Origin: Phoronis australis
Lineage: Eukaryota; Animalia; Phoronida
Assembly (NCBI GenBank): GCA_002633005.1
Contig: NMRA01000671.1
Span: forward strand, 165,950-215,038
Reading direction: 5' to 3'
DNA: 49,089 bases
The notes under the pieces were generated by a model. That model was given only the letters and a program-made list of their open reading frames with translations, made no database searches and was not told where the DNA came from. Below, in pieces: positions 45,001 to 49,089 of the stretch (the first letter of the stretch is position 1; each line of letters begins with the position of its first letter). A program made the translations under genes and the position numbers.

Positions 45001-47106
45001 ACGCTGTTGCTGTACATGATAATGAGTAAACCGTATTGGCTATTGTGCAATGATTCGAAACCGATATACAACTGTAAAATATGTTCCAATGTCTCTAATA
45101 TTTATGGCAACATCCATCACCTGTATTAGGATCACTAACTTTTATTTTCTGAAGAAAAGAGTTCATTTCTGAACATTTATGAAAAGTCCGCCACTGCAAC
45201 AATTGTAATCAGCTATCCACAGTAAATTTCAAAGCTGCGTGATTGATGTTGGCCCATTTTTTATGTCTTAGAAAACTTTTATCTGCAAATTTTAGTCACA
45301 TACTTTGAGTACATGAAGTTTATCGCATTTTTCGTAAATGTCACTGCATTTTGAATTTTCCTGTATAATCGAATCATTCGGCACCAAAAGGCCAATTAAT
45401 TATAAAATATAAAGGTGTATAATTTTGAATGAATGCCTGACTAAATTATCAACAGCAAGTATGACGGATCCACACGCTAAAACCAATATTTTTATATACG
45501 GAGGGCAGAAATCGTTTGAATCTTTGAAATTATTTCCTCATTGGCTTAACCAGTCACTTTATAACCTCTCTGGATCATTTTCTATTTACGATACTATTTT
45601 ACGCTCAGTTATTTTTCTCATGACAGTGACACATTTTAGAATTAAAAACATTTTTAATCCAGTCAGGTATGTGAAATGATGAATCAAACACCGATAAAGG
45701 GCTTTTCAATGACTTGGGTATTACGCAATTTGGTTGAAAAAACGGCGGAGTTACGAAATATTTTAGTGTCAGAAGCATGACACGGTAATCTTTAATTTCT
45801 TAGTTTCTCGAATATTCAGGTACTCAAGGCCTGTAGAAATAATATGTTCAATCCTCATCTGAGCTGTGTTCTCCGACGGTGATCAGCTAGTAGCTTATAC
45901 CAACATAAATTTGCTGCAATGAAAATGTTCCTTATAGCTTTAATTGGATACACAATTAAATGATGCTGTTTTTGCTTACATCAAATATGCTTAGAACTAA
46001 GCCATCGCTTCTTGTCCATGCAAGGCAACTAATGTCGGCTAATATTGCCGGAAACTCTTGGACAGGTGGAAAACTAGAAACATATTTACTGAATTCCAAT
46101 TTCAAGACTTGCGTCCACATTTTATAAATGTTTTTATTGTCACTACCAGTGGAAATAATGGCCGATTTTATATATCGTGCTGTATAACATCAGTTGGTTT
46201 TCGCCAGGAGTATTGACCTACTCCGCCAAGGTACCAAGTTTTTTCACTGCATTGAATCTCTCTTGCGTCTTCGCGCTAAACCTAAAATGGCGGAGGATCA
46301 CTTGGCTCCAAATTGTGCCAAATACTGATTTTAAGAATTTTTGTCTACCGTATTTCGTCAGGGTCATCCATTGGGTACTGATGAAAGCTTCTTTATCAAC
46401 ACGGTTAAAACACTAACAAATGTGGTGATGGCTTGAAATTAGGTCTTTGGTGATTACTTTTCAAGGGCTACTCTTGTTTGATCGATGGACGATGCTTCAA
46501 GGATGGCGCACGAAATCCAGTCAACACTTGCGAGATTTGTTCTTCTCAAACACAGGATCAGAATTGGACGAGAGACAAATTTTGTAAGTTTAATTCCAAA
46601 CCTTGTTTCCCTTTCTCCACACCTTCAACTGCAATTGAAACACCACACCTCACACAGAAACGGCGATAAGACGTCGACTGCATGAAATGAACTTCCAACA
46701 ATGCTGGTCACAAAGACCAGATTTTTACAAATCTAATCGTGGTGGCTAAGCATTGCAGGAAATTTGTTTCAGAATTAATATTTAGACGTCGACATGTTAT
46801 TTTTTCTACACGTCTGCGTCTTTTCAATGATTAGATTGACCTAATGTCATTATAATATTTGGCAGCGTATGGATGCACATTCACCACTGCCGTACCAACA
46901 ACCACTGACTCCTCAGTTCAAAGTGAGGTCACAAGTACAGAGAATTCTATGCATTCAACTCCACCCGTGGAAACAACGGAAGCAGTGGAGTTGATGAGAG
47001 AGGAATTGTCCCCGACGAATATCGGTCTGATATCGGGCGCATGCGCTGTGTTGGTAGTTATTGTTGTGACAGCAGCTGCTTGTGGCGTGGCAAAATCCAA
47101 AAAGAG
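2939..47106 (+). CDS. VWDE-like: Spliced gene, partial: von Willebrand factor D and EGF domain-containing (VWDE-like) type I membrane protein; join(2939..3002,10719..10949,12955..13175,15856..16129,18440..18595,34085..34292,38760..38950,39283..39546,42363..42476,46466..46583,46866..47106)
   Basis: All 11 exons have AG acceptors and GT donors with matching phases (0,0,2,0,0,1,0,0,0,1) and join into one stop-free frame. Domain order: VWD (GEYILY...CNCGVVVRS...GMCGSLNGNMSDD), FPTANG/CIEDIK segment, EGF (CPVNCNEHGTCKE.VCYCEEGYIGSDC), GLCD...C...VYGDSF, VSNDG...YDALC, two CLI.G.C repeats, TM helix. One-to-one orthology to vertebrate VWDE is not established. Confidence 0.88.
3693..3761 (-). mobile_element. 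tRNA-derived (SINE-head-like) sequence or tRNA pseudogene
   Basis: The minus strand has an A-box-like TGGTGTAGTGG and a B-box GGTTCGACTCC at tRNA spacing; the acceptor and anticodon stems pair poorly. Confidence 0.6.
4321..4446. repeat. Long imperfect hairpin, probably the end of a non-autonomous element
   Basis: gccgttattcccc...gattttgtagaattatcaccctcgggg, loop ctaacg, then cccctcgggcgataattctccaaaatc...gggggataacgac. Confidence 0.6.
5017..5915 (-). mobile_element. Solo LTR (899 bp) with 5-bp TSD AAGAT
   Basis: Inverted termini TGTCAGA...TCTGACA; AAGAT at 5012-5016 and 5916-5920. The minus strand starts TGTCAGAATA, as does the LTR at 31996. No internal ORFs. Confidence 0.82.
7993..8223. 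mobile_element. Fold-back MITE (~230 bp)
   Basis: The left arm ggagagaaaggcagatttacggaaaatctc pairs with gaaaaagattttccgcaaaactgccttgctctcc; ends are tagtgtacg and cgtacagta with TA flanks. Confidence 0.72.
9273..10085 (+). mobile_element. HINE family A, 3'-truncated copy
   Basis: Starts ttattATGCGCCCACA...gtggacgcat and is collinear with the complete copy at 16802-18330. Confidence 0.78.
10719..10949 (+). CDS. VWDE-like exon, VWD (VHALFQRCYHSPTCNCGVVVRSATDIFVIESC...NTIQ)
   Basis: tttttag acceptor and CAG|GTAATT donor; 77 codons; CNCGVxVRxxxDxFVI motif. Confidence 0.9.
12955..13175 (+). CDS. VWDE-like exon, C-terminal VWD (VHMPSGTVVEI...GMCGSLNGNMSDD...FTRKW)
   Basis: cctag acceptor and AA|GTAAGT donor (phase 2); GMCGxxNGNxxDD and F...W are hallmark VWD motifs. 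Confidence 0.92.
14200..14495 (+). mobile_element. Degraded fragment related to HINE family A internal repeats
   Basis: Carries gcgccacccagtggcatttt, gctgtatctc, ttcatgaaatttagcaca and ccccctagtggcaa, the same motifs as in the family A repeat units. Confidence 0.5.
14960..15225 (-). mobile_element. Partial, diverged copy of the LTR family at 31996-32822
   Basis: The reverse complement reads cagtcttcagtctatcatcgcatcgaaagttattagcac...acaacctgcgccca, matching 32737-32797; cactggctggagc and cgtcggacgtt are also shared. Confidence 0.75.
15856..16129 (+). CDS. VWDE-like exon (VPTSESFL...YCTC...CRRRRE...FDPP)
   Basis: tttcag acceptor completes the phase-2 codon; CCT|GTAAGT donor; WKV..SF and YCxC motifs follow the VWD domain. 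Confidence 0.88.
16240..16450 (-). pseudogene. Possible decayed RecQ-like helicase fragment (Academ transposon type)
   Basis: Minus-strand ELEAPDIQNVIHW resembles helicase motif V (G.D.PD.R.VIH(W/Y)); the downstream motif VI is degraded and has a stop. Confidence 0.3.
16802..18330 (+). mobile_element. Complete Helentron-associated interspersed element (HINE/DINE-1-like), family A
   Basis: T-run, subTIR ATGCGCCCACA (16807-16817) with partner gtggacgcat, (GTCC)n microsatellite, ~450-bp internal repeats made of CTAGTGGC-containing subunits, 3' subTIR TGTGGGCGCAT (18295-18305), hairpin CAACG-ctctt-CGTTG, and end ctcttgTT. Confidence 0.85.
18440..18595 (+). CDS. VWDE-like exon (LKTFPTANGTTYEEASRFC...CIEDIK)
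   Basis: tctag acceptor and AAG|GTAATT donor; 52 codons; (W/F)PTxxG...A...C...C.EDI motif. Confidence 0.9.
20321..26305 (+). mobile_element. Tandem/nested cluster of HINE family B: 10 5' termini, 4 bodies, 5 3' termini
   Basis: 5' end ttACTCTGCGCGTG-taa-GCGCAGAGT followed by a (TTCTTA)n microsatellite. 3' end CACGCGCAGAGT, hairpin TTATTGTCACG-C-CGTGACAATAA and CTAGTT, ending at 22530, 23733, 23866, 25123 and 26305. Bodies are 1.2-1.7 kb with internal GGTCATT.GGTGCA repeats. Confidence 0.88.
29179..29411 (+). mobile_element. 5' end of a Kolobok-like element with a THAP start, truncated by the N gap
   Basis: TTAA|AGG junction exactly where the two duplicated copies diverge; ATG at 29351 gives MVWCVVPACSN (THAP CxVxxCxN). 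Confidence 0.6.
29570..29980 (+). repeat. Near-identical direct duplicate of 28740-29177 across the assembly gap
   Basis: caaaactgtggtgcatt...gagctgtatatgtagttatattta occurs on both sides of the Ns, with a few indels. Confidence 0.85.
31996..32822 (+). mobile_element. Solo LTR (827 bp) with 5-bp TSD ATTAT
   Basis: Ends TGTCA...TGACA; ATTAT at 31991-31995 and 32823-32827; TATAAATA at 32391 and AATAAA at 32716; three 64-bp tandem units in U3. Confidence 0.88.
32075..32400 (+). promoter_or_regulatory. Heat-shock-element array and TATA box in the LTR U3 region
   Basis: GAActTTCtaGAA at 32113, 32177 and 32241; also GAAtaTTCtaGAg and TTCcaGAAagTTC upstream of TATAAATA. Confidence 0.6.
33457..33865. 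mobile_element. Palindromic MITE with GGGCCC termini (Harbinger/PHIS-like)
   Basis: gggcccggtctccaatctttttactcgaaa pairs with tttcgagtacaaagattagagaccgggccc; the arms pair over more than 80 bp. Confidence 0.8.
34085..34292 (+). CDS. VWDE-like exon (LSDGTGWA...LCPVNCNEHGTCKE), first half of EGF
   Basis: tttttgtag acceptor and G|GTAAAA donor (phase 1); CPxxCxxxGxC motif. Confidence 0.9.
35700..36660 (-). pseudogene. Decayed LINE (CR1/L2-like) reverse transcriptase
   Basis: Minus-strand motifs in the expected order: KKVFDAVDH, VPQGSILGPLLF, a degraded YADDT, DWLVQNKLTLNVSK, FKYLGLILD, TLYHSII. Frameshifts and stops are present. Confidence 0.85.
37461..37794. mobile_element. PIF/Harbinger-type MITE with TTA TSD
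   Basis: TIRs agccttggtcacaacccgccgtacgtg and cacgcacggcgggttgtgaccatagct; TTA on both flanks. Confidence 0.82.
38760..38950 (+). CDS. VWDE-like exon (VCYCEEGYIGSDC...GLCDIRRRPC...LTCHLDYLQ)
   Basis: ttttag acceptor in phase 1 and CAG|GTATGT donor; EGF CxCxxGYxGxDC. Confidence 0.92.
39283..39546 (+). CDS. VWDE-like exon (IGLDG...VSNDG...YDALCISC...CTKK)
   Basis: cttggcag acceptor and AAG|GTAAAT donor; 88 codons; SNDG...YDxxCxxC motif. Confidence 0.9.
40381..40460 (-). mobile_element. tRNA-derived SINE head
   Basis: Minus strand ggcagtgTGGCCTAGTGtg...gtcgtgGGTTCGAGTCCcacc carries Pol III A and B boxes; no valid cloverleaf. Confidence 0.62.
42363..42476 (+). CDS. VWDE-like exon, Cys-rich repeat 1 (NNTCLIGGFCYSPGDTNPSNACEICSVTISDNTWTLKY)
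   Basis: tttccag acceptor and TAC|GTAAGG donor; 38 codons, phase 0/0; not in the ORF track in this frame; clearly paralogous to the next exon. Confidence 0.88.
43505..43808. repeat. 34-bp minisatellite, about 9 copies
   Basis: Unit gtaataaataggttgtcatgtccccgctctgttt repeats contiguously with no spacers. Confidence 0.95.
46466..46583 (+). CDS. VWDE-like exon, Cys-rich repeat 2 (GYSCLIDGRCFKDGARNPVNTCEICSSQTQDQNWTRDKF)
   Basis: ttttcaag acceptor and T|GTAAGT donor (phase 1); CLIDGxC...NPxNxCxxC...W motif. Confidence 0.85.
46866..47106 (+). CDS. VWDE-like exon: Ser/Thr-rich stalk, transmembrane helix and basic stop-transfer
   Basis: tttggcag acceptor in phase 1 and AG|GTAAGA donor; TTAVPTTTDSS... 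followed by IGLISGACAVLVVIVVTAAACGVA and KSKKR. Confidence 0.88.
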
Positions 47107-47236
47107 GTAAGATGAAGTATGCAAATTGTATGGTCAGGTATTTTAAGAAAACATCCTAAATTTTAAAGCGCTTTTCTAAAACCGTCCGATATACAGTCAC
47201 ATTATTTATTGATGAAAGTTGTAAGAATGGAGCTTA

Positions 47237-48179
47237 NNNNNNNNNNNNNNNNNNNNNNNNNNNNNNNNNNNNNNNNNNNNNNNNNNNNNNNNNNNNNNNN
47301 NNNNNNNNNNNNNNNNNNNNNNNNNNNNNNNNNNNNNNNNNNNNNNNNNNNNNNNNNNNNNNNNNNNNNNNNNNNNNNNNNNNNNNNNNNNNNNNNNNNN
47401 NNNNNNNNNNNNNNNNNNNNNNNNNNNNNNNNNNNNNNNNNNNNNNNNNNNNNNNNNNNNNNNNNNNNNNNNNNNNNNNNNNNNNNNNNNNNNNNNNNNN
47501 NNNNNNNNNNNNNNNNNNNNNNNNNNNNNNNNNNNNNNNNNNNNNNNNNNNNNNNNNNNNNNNNNNNNNNNNNNNNNNNNNNNNNNNNNNNNNNNNNNNN
47601 NNNNNNNNNNNNNNNNNNNNNNNNNNNNNNNNNNNNNNNNNNNNNNNNNNNNNNNNNNNNNNNNNNNNNNNNNNNNNNNNNNNNNNNNNNNNNNNNNNNN
47701 NNNNNNNNNNNNNNNNNNNNNNNNNNNNNNNNNNNNNNNNNNNNNNNNNNNNNNNNNNNNNNNNNNNNNNNNNNNNNNNNNNNNNNNNNNNNNNNNNNNN
47801 NNNNNNNNNNNNNNNNNNNNNNNNNNNNNNNNNNNNNNNNNNNNNNNNNNNNNNNNNNNNNNNNNNNNNNNNNNNNNNNNNNNNNNNNNNNNNNNNNNNN
47901 NNNNNNNNNNNNNNNNNNNNNNNNNNNNNNNNNNNNNNNNNNNNNNNNNNNNNNNNNNNNNNNNNNNNNNNNNNNNNNNNNNNNNNNNNNNNNNNNNNNN
48001 NNNNNNNNNNNNNNNNNNNNNNNNNNNNNNNNNNNNNNNNNNNNNNNNNNNNNNNNNNNNNNNNNNNNNNNNNNNNNNNNNNNNNNNNNNNNNNNNNNNN
48101 NNNNNNNNNNNNNNNNNNNNNNNNNNNNNNNNNNNNNNNNNNNNNNNNNNNNNNNNNNNNNNNNNNNNNNNNNNNNNNN
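47237..48179. other. Assembly gap
   Basis: Run of N. Confidence 1.
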
Positions 48180-49089
48180 GCCGAGGAGAAGGAAGGTCGC
48201 GAGAGGGTTTCCCTCCTCCTGTGTAAGATTTTTGGGGATTTTTAGTAGCTAATTTCGTTTTTCTGGCGATTTTTTTCCAGTTTTTATTTTTGATCCTGTC
48301 CCGAGGGGGGGGTTTAAACCCCCTGAACCCCCCTGTAGATCCGCTTCTGGGCCACTGACAATGGAGAACTACGTGCTCGTGTGTCGGCCTCAAGTGACAG
48401 CTCATGTCTAGTCGAAATGACCAACCCACGTTGATTCAACTCTCGAATTTTCCCGCGTTAACATGAGCTGTCAGCTCAACTACTGCTAACTCGAAGTAGA
48501 CAGATGTGCCACATTGCGCTGTGTAGCTGAGGCAGTTACCTGACTTGATGAAGTCCTCACAGAAGGCTGGCGAGCCAAGCGTATAGCTGATTACCTTCGA
48601 TAGCCAATGAAGTAGTTACATCGCCGGACGCCAACAAATTTCTCTCTCAGGCTCATTGTAACAGCGTTCTTTAGTTGACGAGAAGTTAGAAACGTTTTAT
48701 CGAAGACCAACCCTGAACTCGATTTATAAAATACTCCACGTTTAGGACACCATTCAAAAACAAGCATACGGAGTATTAAATTTCTCTCCTCTCCTGAAAA
48801 TATTGTAAAACAGTTACCCTTGACAGATGGACGTTTGTCTTCGCTGACAATTTTGTTCCTTTATTCTTTGATATAGGTTGTCATGCAATTAACGTTTTGT
48901 ATTAATGAACAATCAGGTACTGAGCCATATTGACCCAAGTGACTACAAAAGTCCACTTTTTCATTCAGCATCGTGTATACTTGGCCATGTTGACTAAACA
49001 CTGAAACCACACGCCCCGCACCTGCATTTCTTATACATATTACCAACATTTTTCAAAAGAAAGCTGCATTTTGTGCAGGTTGCAAATGC

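Noticed and set aside
47206-48429. 407-aa and 347-aa ORFs (also those at 29219-29741)
   Set aside because: Artefacts of translating through N gaps.

Overview
AT-rich animal genomic DNA, most consistent with a marine invertebrate, with two assembly gaps (29412-29569 and 47237-48179). The window lies inside one large + strand spliced gene. I reconstructed 11 phase-compatible GT-AG coding exons (2939-47106, about 693 codons); two of them (2939-3002 and 42363-42476) are not in the ORF track in the correct frame. They encode a VWDE-like protein: VWD domain, EGF, an Ig/IPT-like SNDG domain, two Cys-rich repeats, a Ser/Thr stalk and a transmembrane helix. The start and stop codons were not found. 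The introns are full of transposon relics: Helentron-associated (HINE-type) elements, one family stacked on itself over 6 kb; a nest of DNA transposons about six levels deep with split THAP domains; two solo LTRs with 5-bp TSDs and heat-shock-element arrays; MITEs; tRNA-derived heads; and a decayed LINE reverse transcriptase. The palindrome TACATGTA is strongly over-represented and looks like a transposon excision footprint. I found no prokaryotic system, CRISPR array or intact transposase. All family assignments come from motif recognition by eye, not database searches.
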